From: a virus
Taxonomy: Duplodnaviria > Caudoviricetes
IMG/VR virus record: IMGVR_UViG_3300048858_000048
Location: 1-52,645 of that record
DNA: 52,645 nt
Direction: 5' to 3' (one strand)
Shown: one piece after another, positions 17,130 through 25,398 of the stretch
Position numbering within the stretch: the first letter of the stretch is position 1
Layout of the letters: each line of letters starts with the position of its first letter
Program-made: the position numbers and the translations under genes
The notes under the pieces: generated by a model
Seen by the model: the letters and a program-made list of their open reading frames with translations, nothing else
Told to the model about the DNA's origin: nothing
Database searches by the model: none

Positions 17130-17756
17130 ATGGCATTGATCGGATACGCCAGGGTCTCGACCGTAGACCAGGACACCAGTTCGCAACGAGACGCCCTCAC
17201 CCGCGCCGGCTGCGACAAGATATTCGAGGACATTGCTTCTGGCGCAAAGGCTGACCGTCCCGGTCTTGCCGAGGCGATGGCCTATCTGCGCGAAGGTGAC
17301 ACGCTGGTCGTCTGGAAACTTGACCGAGCCGGCCGATCGCTGAAACACCTGGTCGAGATGGTCGCCGAGCTGGAGGCCAAGAAGGTCGGTCTGAAGTCGA
17401 TCACCGAGGAGATCGACACGACAACATCTAATGGCCGGCTTTTCTTCCACCTCTTCGGTGCCTTTGCCCAGTTCGAGCGGGACCTTATTAGGGAACGCAC
17501 GCGCGCAGCATTGTCGGCTGCGAAGGACCAAGGCCGTCGCGGCGGGCGCAAGCCGGTAATGAACCCGGAGAAGCTTGCACGCGCGAGGCAGCTGATCGAG
17601 GAGAACGGTCTGACCGTGAAGGAAGCCGCTGGCCGACTGAAGGTCGGAAAGACCGCGCTATACGCAGCATTCAAGGCCGAACGTCGCGGTGCGCCGCGCC
17701 TTCCGGCCGCGTTGGGAACCACCACGAGGACTAAAAGTGAAACCATAGGGGCATAA
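17130..17756 (+). CDS. Serine recombinase (resolvase/invertase family)
   Basis: MALIGYARVST.DQ, DTLVVWKLDR.GRS, ERDLIRERT, C-terminal HTH. Confidence 0.95.
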   Translation: MALIGYARVSTVDQDTSSQRDALTRAGCDKIFEDIASGAKADRPGLAEAMAYLREGDTLVVWKLDRAGRSLKHLVEMVAELEAKKVGLKSITEEIDTTTSNGRLFFHLFGAFAQFERDLIRERTRAALSAAKDQGRRGGRKPVMNPEKLARARQLIEENGLTVKEAAGRLKVGKTALYAAFKAERRGAPRLPAALGTTTRTKSETIGA

Positions 17757-17759
17757 AGT

Positions 17760-17792
17760 AAAAGCCCTGCCTTTGGCGAGGCAGGGCTTTTT
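17760..17792. terminator. Intrinsic terminator, probably bidirectional
   Basis: AAAAGCCCTGCCT-TTGGCG-AGGCAGGGCTTTTT. Confidence 0.85.
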
Positions 17793-17938
17793 GGAGATAC
17801 AGGCAAGCTACGTTGGGCCAGCCGTAAGACAGCACCCAACATAGTCCACAGATTTAAAACCCGCAAGAGTCACGACTCGCGGGAATGCAGATTCTTTGTC
17901 TGGAGTCCATGCCCTTCCCCAGAGGAAGGATCGGAACC

Positions 17939-18667
17939 ATGTTCAAGCAACTTAGTACCGCGTTGGCGTTCGCGCCGGCGAGGTCGAAACGTTCCCGCAC
18001 GCCGGTGCACCGGAACTCCCGGCTTGCTGGCCATTGTGAGGGTGCCTTCTGGCGCCGGACGACGCGGCGGGACAGCCGTCGCATCGTGCTTGCCGCTCGA
18101 CGGTATGAGATTGCCAACAAAGCGGCAGGCTCTCGGAACGGCCCTCTCGGCTCGGTCGCGATCGAGATCTTGGAGCTGCTGGCTAACCTGGTCGACTACA
18201 AGACGGGCCGGCTTGAGCCATCGATCGATACACTGATGCAGAAGCTTCGCAGGTCCCGCGACGCGGTAGTTCGCGGCCTGAAAGCGCTGCGGCAACACGG
18301 CTTCGTCGACTGGCTGCGGCGGTATATGCCGACCGAGACGGAAGGCGACAAAGGCCCCCAGGTGAAGCAGACCAGCAATGCGTATCGCTTGGCCATGCCC
18401 GCCAAGGCTGAGGCCTGCCTCGACCGTTATCGTACAGCCCCTCCCCTGCCCGAGGACCGTGAGCAAGCTGAAGCCGAGCGGCAGGCCGTGATGGAAGACT
18501 TCGCCAAGGCGGAGATGGTCAGTGTCGAACAGCTGGAAATGACCCTCGATCACGAAAATCCCGTCGTGAGAAAGCTCGCAGAGATGCGAAGGAAAATGCT
18601 TTTACAACGTGAGTCCGCCAGACAGACTGAATCCAGGCTAAGTAATATATATAAGAGGGAAGAATGA
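17939..18667 (+). CDS. repA: Plasmid replication initiator (wHTH, pTAR/pUT1-like RepA)
   Basis: GRLEPSIDTL..LRRSRDAV..LKALRQHGFVDWLRR..QTSNAY; flanked by resolvase and parA. Confidence 0.7.
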   Translation: MFKQLSTALAFAPARSKRSRTPVHRNSRLAGHCEGAFWRRTTRRDSRRIVLAARRYEIANKAAGSRNGPLGSVAIEILELLANLVDYKTGRLEPSIDTLMQKLRRSRDAVVRGLKALRQHGFVDWLRRYMPTETEGDKGPQVKQTSNAYRLAMPAKAEACLDRYRTAPPLPEDREQAEAERQAVMEDFAKAEMVSVEQLEMTLDHENPVVRKLAEMRRKMLLQRESARQTESRLSNIYKREE

Positions 18668-18831
18668 GCGGACGCCGCTTACAGCGATCGCTTTCGCTCC
18701 CGCGCGGCGGATCGTCCGGGCCAACCCATCAAAAAAGGTCCAGCCTTGCGACCTTTTGTTGATGTTGCATGGGCTCTTGAGAGGGAGCCTGCGGGATCGG
18801 TCGGATTTTCAATTCTATGCGTATGCATATT

Positions 18832-18909
18832 GGTTCCTAGTAAGAACCGAGTTCCCACTCAGTTCTAATTCGGTTCGTGTCCGGTGCGTTGTTGGCGTGA
18901 ACCGAGTTC
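18832..18909. repeat. GTTC/GAAC repeat array upstream of parA (candidate centromere/operator)
   Basis: GGTTC-N7-GAACC (18832-18848); GTTC at 18851, 18862 and 18873 (11-bp period); GAACCGAGTTC twice (18844, 18899). Confidence 0.55.
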
Positions 18910-19009
18910 GAGGCGGGTGCGAAGCGGCTGGGAGGTTGTTTCATTGTAAGATTGTGGTAACTTCCGTCTGATATCCAACCCGGACAGAACCGGAAAGGAA
19001 GCCGCCTCC

Positions 19010-19693
19010 ATGCCAGTAGTTGTCATGTGCTCCACGAAAGGTGGAGTGGGAAAATCAACCGCCGCACTCGTCCTGTCGCAGGTGTATTGCGCGGCCGGCA
19101 AAGCAACCGCGTTGATTGATGCAGATCCGAACCAGCCGCTCGCAACCTGGGCAAAACGCTCGGCCGAGGCCATCCCCAAAAATTTAACCGTCATCGGCGG
19201 GATCAACGAACAGACGATCATCGACACGATCGAGGACGCGGCCGCGAAAAACACCTTCGTCATTGTCGACCTCGAAGGCTCGGCGAACATGACCGCCACC
19301 TATGCGGTAAGCCGCGCCGACCTGGTCTTGATACCGATGCGCGGCAAGCAGCTCGACGCCGACCAGGCGGGGAGGGTGGTCGCCTTTATCAAGCAGCAAA
19401 ACAAGGCGTTCGGCCGTGACATCGCCTATCGCGCGATGTTTTCCATGATGGATCAGCTCACGAGCCGAGAGGAGCGACATATTCGGGCGATGCTTGCGGA
19501 AAACGGGATACCGATCCTGCCGGCCGCATTGAAGAATATGGCCGCATTCTCCGCCATTTTCCAGACTGGCGGCACGATATTCGACCTGACCAAGGAGGAT
19601 GTCACCAACACCTCCAAGGCGATCCAGAACGCCGGAGAGCTGGCGCAAGCCGTCGCCGCAGCCATTCCAACGAAAAGGGCTAAGGTAGCATGA
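19010..19693 (+). CDS. parA: ParA-family partition ATPase (short, type Ib)
   Basis: Deviant Walker A KGGVGKST, LIDADPNQ, VIVDLEG. Confidence 0.93.
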   Translation: MPVVVMCSTKGGVGKSTAALVLSQVYCAAGKATALIDADPNQPLATWAKRSAEAIPKNLTVIGGINEQTIIDTIEDAAAKNTFVIVDLEGSANMTATYAVSRADLVLIPMRGKQLDADQAGRVVAFIKQQNKAFGRDIAYRAMFSMMDQLTSREERHIRAMLAENGIPILPAALKNMAAFSAIFQTGGTIFDLTKEDVTNTSKAIQNAGELAQAVAAAIPTKRAKVA

Positions 19694-20049
19694 CCAGACC
19701 ACGAGCAGGATTAGACCTAGATCTTCCAGACTTCGAGCCGCGCGCGGAACGTCCGCCCGAACCCGATATCGGGGCCGTTAAGGAAATGGCCGAGCGCGCC
19801 GGCTTTACAACGCGCCATGCACCGACAGCGCCTGAACCTGTTTCTGCAGCTGCAGCGGCCCCACCGGCGTTTGACGCGCGAAGCCTGCGCCGCTCGAACC
19901 GAACCTCGAAGCTCAATATCTCCGTTACCGAGGAAACGCGCATTCGCTTCTGGACGCTCGCGCAACAGGTTGGCAGCTATAATGGCGAGGACGTGATCAC
20001 GGCCATGATGAACGCTTACGAACGCGAGATGGCGAAGCAAGCCCGGTGA
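19690..20049 (+). CDS. Partition adaptor / stability determinant (ParB-like, RHH-type C-terminus)
   Basis: Coupled to parA; flexible N-terminus then RRSNRTSKLNISVTEETRIRFWTLA. Confidence 0.7.
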   Translation: MTRPRAGLDLDLPDFEPRAERPPEPDIGAVKEMAERAGFTTRHAPTAPEPVSAAAAAPPAFDARSLRRSNRTSKLNISVTEETRIRFWTLAQQVGSYNGEDVITAMMNAYEREMAKQAR

Positions 20050-20058
20050 GGGCAGGGG

Positions 20059-20355
20059 ATGAGCGACGAACCATATCAGCCCCGGTACTCATGGAAGCGA
20101 ACCCAGATCGACGAGAGCGACCCGCCGACCGATCTTGACTGGATAGGTATCGACGGCCCCGCCTATATTGGCAGAATCAGAAAAGAGACGAACGGTCCGA
20201 CAAAGGGGAAGTGGCAATGGGCAGGGTCCTATCCCCGAACTTTCAAGGGAAGCCCTCCCACGCCCAACACCGGCTGGGTTGAGACCGCCCGTCTCGCGAC
20301 ACAGAAGGTCGAGGAATATTGGGATCTAGCCAAGCAGGTGATGACGCCAAAATGA
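20059..20355 (+). CDS. Hypothetical protein
   Basis: Trp-rich protein-like ORF (YIGRIRKE..GKWQW) followed by a terminator. Confidence 0.7.
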   Translation: MSDEPYQPRYSWKRTQIDESDPPTDLDWIGIDGPAYIGRIRKETNGPTKGKWQWAGSYPRTFKGSPPTPNTGWVETARLATQKVEEYWDLAKQVMTPK

Positions 20356-20368
20356 TCGGTTGAAACGC

Positions 20369-20404
20369 AAAAAGCCGCCCCGTTTCCGGAGCGGCTTTTC
20401 TTTT
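20369..20404. terminator. Bidirectional intrinsic terminator between plasmid module and lysis genes
   Basis: AAAAAGCCGCCCCG-TTTC-CGGAGCGGCTTTTCTTTT. Confidence 0.8.
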
Positions 20405-20416
20405 GGGTGCAACAGA

Positions 20417-20770
20417 TTACCCGCGCTTGCTGCGGATGATCTCTTCCTTCAACGAAGAAAGCCCGTGAGTGACTTCCTCCAAAGCGTCGGTCAGATCTTC
20501 GACCGCACGCTCCATCGATTTTCGATAGTTCAAATTCTCGTCCACGCCTTCGTTGATCGCGGTGCAAAGTGCCTTGACCGAACCTTCGAGCGCCTTGACA
20601 GCCGCGCTGTCTACAAGTGCGCCTGCCACCTCGATCGAGCCGGCCATGCTATTCGCCGCGCCCCGTCGACCATCCCGGCCCGCCTTGAACCCCAGCCCGG
20701 CCGCAAGCCCGACGACAAGGATAACAATGGCATTGGCGATCTTCTCATAATCCAGCGCCGCCCAGTCCAT
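20417..20770 (-). CDS. Membrane-anchored coiled-coil protein (lysis cassette)
   Basis: N-terminal TM IANAIVILVVGLAAGLGF. Confidence 0.65.
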   Translation of the reverse strand: MDWAALDYEKIANAIVILVVGLAAGLGFKAGRDGRRGAANSMAGSIEVAGALVDSAAVKALEGSVKALCTAINEGVDENLNYRKSMERAVEDLTDALEEVTHGLSSLKEEIIRSKRG

Positions 20771-21234
20771 TAGCTGAATTCCATTCCCTGCTTGCCGACA
20801 TCAGACCAGGACCGATGCGTATTGACGATTTCGAGCAGGACCATCGTCGACCAAGCGAAAGCGATGACCCCGGACGGTGCGCCGCCGACCGTCAGCCAGG
20901 CTATGAAGAAACCCAGACTGACTTGCGACCAGACGCCCGTCCCGATCAGTGAGGCGGCCGCGCGAATATGCGGGGAGAAGACGAACCCGCGAAACGTGCC
21001 GTTGATCGTAAGCGCGAAAAGGCGGGCCAGCCCGCTGCCAGCGAGGAACCATGACCAGGTCGTTTCGTCTCCCCAGTCCTCCAGCACCGCGAACGACGGT
21101 GACGTGGCGAACATATCGGGATTGAGCTGCAGAACAGCCCACAGACCAAAAGCCGGCCAAAGCATGATCCATTCTGTAGCCCGGACGACGAAATGCCCGG
21201 CAACCCCGTCATAGACGCGGCGAAGGACGATCAT
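20770..21234 (-). CDS. Multi-TM membrane protein, holin candidate
   Basis: About four hydrophobic segments; lies within lysis cassette. Confidence 0.6.
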   Translation of the reverse strand: MIVLRRVYDGVAGHFVVRATEWIMLWPAFGLWAVLQLNPDMFATSPSFAVLEDWGDETTWSWFLAGSGLARLFALTINGTFRGFVFSPHIRAAASLIGTGVWSQVSLGFFIAWLTVGGAPSGVIAFAWSTMVLLEIVNTHRSWSDVGKQGMEFS

Positions 21235-21548
21235 GACGGCGCCCCCGCAAGGTTCCTGCGAAGATCCTCATTGAAGAGGTAGCATCGCCGCTTGCTGCCG
21301 TTCGCTCGATCGAGGGCCGCCCGCGCGCGATCGATGACCGCACGGGCTTCATCGCCCTTGCGGATGGGTGCGTGCGGTTCGTCCTTTCCGCATTCCTCTG
21401 GCTGTGCCGGGAGGTTGACGCCGGCGCGCGCGGCGCCGATCGCCGCGCCGGCGTCATGGAGGCGGCCGGACGTCGTGGCGGAGCAGCCATTCAATATCAG
21501 TATCGTCGAGATCGCAGCGACGACGCGCCTGGTCGAGCCGTATGGCAT
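21231..21548 (-). CDS. o-spanin (Rz1-like lipoprotein)
   Basis: Signal peptide with lipobox LILNGC; overlaps the 3' end of the i-spanin in another frame. Confidence 0.7.
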   Translation of the reverse strand: MPYGSTRRVVAAISTILILNGCSATTSGRLHDAGAAIGAARAGVNLPAQPEECGKDEPHAPIRKGDEARAVIDRARAALDRANGSKRRCYLFNEDLRRNLAGAPS

Positions 21549-21942
21549 AGTCGATTCTTTCCTTTTCCCGCTTGGTTTCGGTTTGGGCCGCAAGCATCTG
21601 TGCCGCGTCGGCCCGCTTCCGGTACTCCTCGAGCGCTTGCGCGCTCGCTTCACGCTGGCGCCGCGCCTCATCGAGGAGGGCGTTCGCTGCATCGAGTTCG
21701 ACCTTCGTGACCAGGTCGGCGGTGGCCTCCGCCACCGCCCGGTCGATGCGAAGTTGAAGATGCCCGACAGCAAGAGGGCCGAGGACAGGCAGACCGCTGA
21801 CATTGACGTCGCCCAGGAAGGGCAGGGGGATCGTCGCACGGTCGTTAAGTAATGGTATTCCAAGCCAGTAGACCGAAACCACGATGAAGCTGAGAGCCGC
21901 GCCGGCGAGCAGTGACAGGAAGTCGCGAAGACTAGAGAACAT
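21454..21942 (-). CDS. i-spanin (Rz-like)
   Basis: N-terminal TM followed by coiled coil; directly after the endolysin. Confidence 0.7.
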   Translation of the reverse strand: MFSSLRDFLSLLAGAALSFIVVSVYWLGIPLLNDRATIPLPFLGDVNVSGLPVLGPLAVGHLQLRIDRAVAEATADLVTKVELDAANALLDEARRQREASAQALEEYRKRADAAQMLAAQTETKREKERIDYAIRLDQARRRCDLDDTDIEWLLRHDVRPPP

Positions 21943-21955
21943 AGGTCCCTCCCAA

Positions 21956-22606
21956 TCACAGACCGGAAACGCAGATTTCGCCCTCGCCAGCGCGGCCGGG
22001 ATCACCCATGCCTCGCCGGTTGGTGAGGCCTTGTATCTCCCTGCCGCCTGCCTTGTTCCACTTCAGCAGATTGTCGCAGGCCAGCGGATAGTTGAACTTT
22101 CCAATGGCGCCGGCAGCCGATGAGCCGATCGCGCCTCGGTTCTTGTCCCCGGTTCCCACGTTATAGGCGAGCGATGTAAGGGCCGCCTGAACGCTGACAG
22201 GCGCCTTGGTAAATTCAGGCACTTTGTCGACAAGAGGCATGAAGTAATCGCGGGTTACGCGAATTCTTGCCATGTCCTCGCACTGCTCCGGCGTGAACGT
22301 CATACCCAGCTGGACGGGATGTCCGTTGATCCGAGTCTCGCCGTAGCAAACGGTTTTCACACCGACGATGTCGAGATATGCAGAGGTGCGGAGGCCCTCC
22401 CATTTCTTTATCAGTTCGAGAGCCAGCAGAACGGCCGGCGGCGTGATCCCCTTGTCGACAGCCTGGCGAACGATCGCAGGTGTGATGTCAGGATGCGCCG
22501 GCGTCAGCTTGGAGGCGGTGAAGGTATTCCAGCCGCCTGCAGCCGCTGCTATGAGCGCAGCGGCGATCCAAGCCTTGCCGCGCTTTGTAGGAAAGAGCTT
22601 AGGCAT
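21956..22606 (-). CDS. Endolysin, GH24 lysozyme with SAR-like N-terminus
   Basis: E-8x-D-5x-T triad (WEGLRTSAYLDIVGVKT), YNVG, GLTNRR; Ala/Gly-rich N-terminal TM. Confidence 0.9.
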   Translation of the reverse strand: MPKLFPTKRGKAWIAAALIAAAAGGWNTFTASKLTPAHPDITPAIVRQAVDKGITPPAVLLALELIKKWEGLRTSAYLDIVGVKTVCYGETRINGHPVQLGMTFTPEQCEDMARIRVTRDYFMPLVDKVPEFTKAPVSVQAALTSLAYNVGTGDKNRGAIGSSAAGAIGKFNYPLACDNLLKWNKAGGREIQGLTNRRGMGDPGRAGEGEICVSGL

Positions 22607-22883
22607 CGGCCTTCTCCTTATGAGGTTGAGGAATAAGGCGCCCGATCCATGCAGCGACGAGCAGCAGCAGCGTTAGCCACCAAGGCAGCCAGTCGGCCAC
22701 GTAGGGGACGAGGTTGAGGAGGATGTCCGCGAGAGCTGCGGCCTCGATGAACCGCAGTGACAGGGCGCGTTTCGCCACAGCGCCGGCGTCGGCGATAAGC
22801 TTTCTTCGAAGCGCCCGGCGCCATTCATGGATGGCGAGCCAGGCGCGGCAAAGCGCTTGGCGCCAATCGGCCAAGAGTTTCAT
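22599..22883 (-). CDS. Putative holin
   Basis: Small hydrophobic protein immediately upstream of the endolysin; MKLLADWR...RLIPQP pattern. Confidence 0.6.
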   Translation of the reverse strand: MKLLADWRQALCRAWLAIHEWRRALRRKLIADAGAVAKRALSLRFIEAAALADILLNLVPYVADWLPWWLTLLLLVAAWIGRLIPQPHKEKADA

Positions 22884-22953
22884 GATCGTCTCCGATGTGT
22901 GAGATTATGAGGTGCCGGCGGCGCCTATAGCGCCCGCCGGCCATGGCATAAGC

Positions 22954-23793
22954 CTAGCCCAGAGGTAGATTGGCCGGCTTCGGATCTTTCCCGTCGAGGA
23001 TAATGACCTCCCCAACGTTTTTTCCCACTCCACCCCGCACCGTGTAGGTCAGCCCGACCGATATCATCGGGAACGCCGAGAAGACCTCACGAACGCCGGC
23101 GCAGTCGTTGAGCGAGATGATGAACCGCCCTTTGATCGTCGCAAGCCGCTCCGCCATGGCGGTGAAGGTCGAGCGCGAAAAGGCGTCTTTCCCATAGTCG
23201 CCTTCGTTTCCGTAATAGGGCGGGTCGAGGTAGAAAAGCGTCTCGGGGCGGTCATAGCGCCCTATGAATTCCAGCCAATCGAGGTTCTCGATCACCACGC
23301 CTGACAGTCGTTCGTGGACTTCTTCGAGAATGATCCCAAGCCGGTTGAGATTGAAACGGGCAGGCCCGGTCGTATCGACACCGAAGCTGCGCCCCATGAT
23401 CTTGCCGCCGAAAGCCAGCCGCTGGAGATAGAGGAACCTTGCCGCCCTCTCCAGGTCGGTGAGGGTGGACGGGTCGGTTGCCGTGAGGCGATCGAACTCT
23501 CGTCTGGAGGTGAGCTGAAATTTCATCACCTCCATGAACTGCGGATAGTGCCGCTGGAGAATTCGGAAGAGCGTGGCGACGTCGCCGGAGCGATCGTTGA
23601 TCACCTCGCTTTTAGGAACGAGGTTGCGGCGGAAAAAGACGCCGCCCATGCCGACGAACGGCTCGGCATACATGCCGTGCGGGATCTGTTCCAATATTGA
23701 CGCGACCCGCTGCGCCAGCTGTTTCTTGCCGCCGAGATAAGCAGACGGCGGGGACACCGGCCGGACGGCCGTGAACTGAAATAATTCACTCAT
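22954..23793 (-). CDS. DNA adenine methylase (Dam/D12 class)
   Basis: YLGGK, YAEPFVGMG, VIND, FYLDPPY. Confidence 0.92.
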   Translation of the reverse strand: MSELFQFTAVRPVSPPSAYLGGKKQLAQRVASILEQIPHGMYAEPFVGMGGVFFRRNLVPKSEVINDRSGDVATLFRILQRHYPQFMEVMKFQLTSRREFDRLTATDPSTLTDLERAARFLYLQRLAFGGKIMGRSFGVDTTGPARFNLNRLGIILEEVHERLSGVVIENLDWLEFIGRYDRPETLFYLDPPYYGNEGDYGKDAFSRSTFTAMAERLATIKGRFIISLNDCAGVREVFSAFPMISVGLTYTVRGGVGKNVGEVIILDGKDPKPANLPLG

Positions 23794-23840
23794 TGTGAAG
23801 GCTCTGGATTTCTGCCACACCCTTGCCGCCCGCAAGGGCC

Positions 23841-23931
23841 TCGGGTGCGGTGATGATCCGATAGGATTACCGGGCGGGAAGCGACCCCAATCAATGCCCG
23901 CCGTTGCAGCCGGAAGGCTGCGACCACTCGA
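23841..23931 (+). ncRNA. Predicted four-way-junction (cloverleaf) RNA antisense to the methylase leader
   Basis: Closing stem TCGGGTG/CACTCGA encloses three contiguous hairpins; G-U pairs and a GNRA loop favour the + strand. Confidence 0.5.
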
Positions 23932-23994
23932 TGCCGAGGGCCTATAGGGCCGGGAGGGAAACCTCCCGGCCGACCTGTTACGCCGAAGCGGACG

Positions 23995-25161
23995 TCAGTT
24001 TTCGTCCGTCCGCCCATAGCGGCGGTTATAGTCAGCGAAGCTGTCCGATCGGCTCCCGGTCGCAGCCGTATTGCCACCGGTCGAGCCGCTTTGGTCGCCG
24101 GCCGGCGAGCCGGTCTTGTCTGTCGAAGGCTTGCGATCGTCCTTGCCGGCGCCACCCGAAGGCTGCTTGACCTCCAATTGAGTTGTCGCTCCGCCGGAAC
24201 GGTCGGCCTGATGGTTGACACCGCTGATGCGATAGACGCCATCGACGCCCGGCCTGGCGCCGGTAAGGATGAAGGTTCCTTCTGCCTGCGCCGTGACATC
24301 GAGGTCCAGTGTTACCGAACCCTCTCCGCCTTCCCGTTCGCTATTGGATTTGCGCCCCTCGGCGACCGCCTTGGCTTGCCCTTCATCCGCGACCGTGGTG
24401 CGAACCTCATCCGTTGCGTCCGCCTCGATGCCTGTTGAGACCTCGATTTCCTTGAAGCTGGCCGACGTGCGATCGAAATACCGGACCTTTGACTTCGCGA
24501 ATTTCTCGCGGCCGGCGGTAGGCGCGATATCCCAGTTGATGACATTGCCGTTCATCTGGCCGGGAGGCGGCGCGATCCCGATGACAGTTGGCAAGGCCAC
24601 GCCCGTGGCACTGAGGCCTTGGCCGCGCTTGGCAAGGACAGCCTGGTCACCGCGGATCTTGAACGTGCCGCCGAGTTCGCGCGCCAGCTTCTGACCAAGA
24701 TGCAGGAAACTTTCCGAACTCGCAGACCAGTAGTCTCGCGCAAGATTGGCGAAGGCAGGATCAATGGTGATCGCCTTCAGGCCAGCGCTCTTGGCCGCTT
24801 TGTCGAGGAACTGCTGAAGGGTGCTGTTGTCCATATGATGGGATTGCGGCTCTTTGGCTTTCCCCTTGGCATCAAAGCCCTTTGCGGTGACAGAAAGGGT
24901 TCGGCCGCTTCCGCGCGCCCCTCGTGATCGGACGGTGTCAACCTTGCCAGTGAACGCGGGAGTGCCCTGCAGATACACCTGCACGGCCGCACCCTCCGCC
25001 GGCAGCTTGACCTGACCTCCGCTGTCATCAAATTCGAGGTTACAGGTATCGCTCGCCGACCCGTCCTTGTCGGAGATCGAGATCTTCATCAGGAAAGGGC
25101 GCATCGCCGACGTCAGATCCGCGCCGTCGACGATCACCTTCCAATCCACTGTCCAAGGCAT
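23995..25161 (-). CDS. Phage late control / baseplate hub protein (P2 gpD-like)
   Basis: ISDKDGSASD.C.L.FDD, ESFLHLGQKLARELG; gene order U-X-D. Confidence 0.88.
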   Translation of the reverse strand: MPWTVDWKVIVDGADLTSAMRPFLMKISISDKDGSASDTCNLEFDDSGGQVKLPAEGAAVQVYLQGTPAFTGKVDTVRSRGARGSGRTLSVTAKGFDAKGKAKEPQSHHMDNSTLQQFLDKAAKSAGLKAITIDPAFANLARDYWSASSESFLHLGQKLARELGGTFKIRGDQAVLAKRGQGLSATGVALPTVIGIAPPPGQMNGNVINWDIAPTAGREKFAKSKVRYFDRTSASFKEIEVSTGIEADATDEVRTTVADEGQAKAVAEGRKSNSEREGGEGSVTLDLDVTAQAEGTFILTGARPGVDGVYRISGVNHQADRSGGATTQLEVKQPSGGAGKDDRKPSTDKTGSPAGDQSGSTGGNTAATGSRSDSFADYNRRYGRTDEN

Positions 25162-25166
25162 GATGA

Positions 25167-25394
25167 TCAGTTTCCGAAGAGTGAGACGACGGGCTTGAAG
25201 ACGGCCGCGTTGGGGGCCGGCTTGTCCGGAATGGTCAGCACCGTGCCGAGGGGCAGGTAAGTGCCGAGGCGGGATAGCTCGGGATTTCTGGCAAGCGTTT
25301 CTTCGAGCAGCGAGCGGCCCTCGACGCCGTAAGCCTGATGGAGAAGCAGTTCCACCGTCATCCCTTCACGGGCGATCTTGAACGTTTGTGGCAT
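25167..25394 (-). CDS. Tail protein X (P2 gpX-like)
   Basis: TVELL..AYG...LEETLARNPEL..LPLGTVLTIP. Confidence 0.85.
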   Translation of the reverse strand: MPQTFKIAREGMTVELLLHQAYGVEGRSLLEETLARNPELSRLGTYLPLGTVLTIPDKPAPNAAVFKPVVSLFGN

Positions 25395-25398
25395 CGAT

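Noticed and set aside
17130-17756. Serine recombinase as a Gin/Cin tail-fibre invertase or as an integrase
   Set aside because: It is far from the single fibre gene, no inverted alternative fibre segment is seen, it lacks the large C-terminal domains of serine integrases, and it sits next to rep/par like a resolvase
23841-23931. Cloverleaf as a tRNA gene
   Set aside because: No T-loop GTTCRA, no D-loop GG, no 7-nt anticodon loop and no spacer nucleotides; kept only as an ncRNA candidate
22913-23952. TGCCG...GCCTATAG motifs at both ends of the methylase cassette as target-site duplications
   Set aside because: Only an 8-bp core plus GC-rich flanks match, too weak to distinguish from chance
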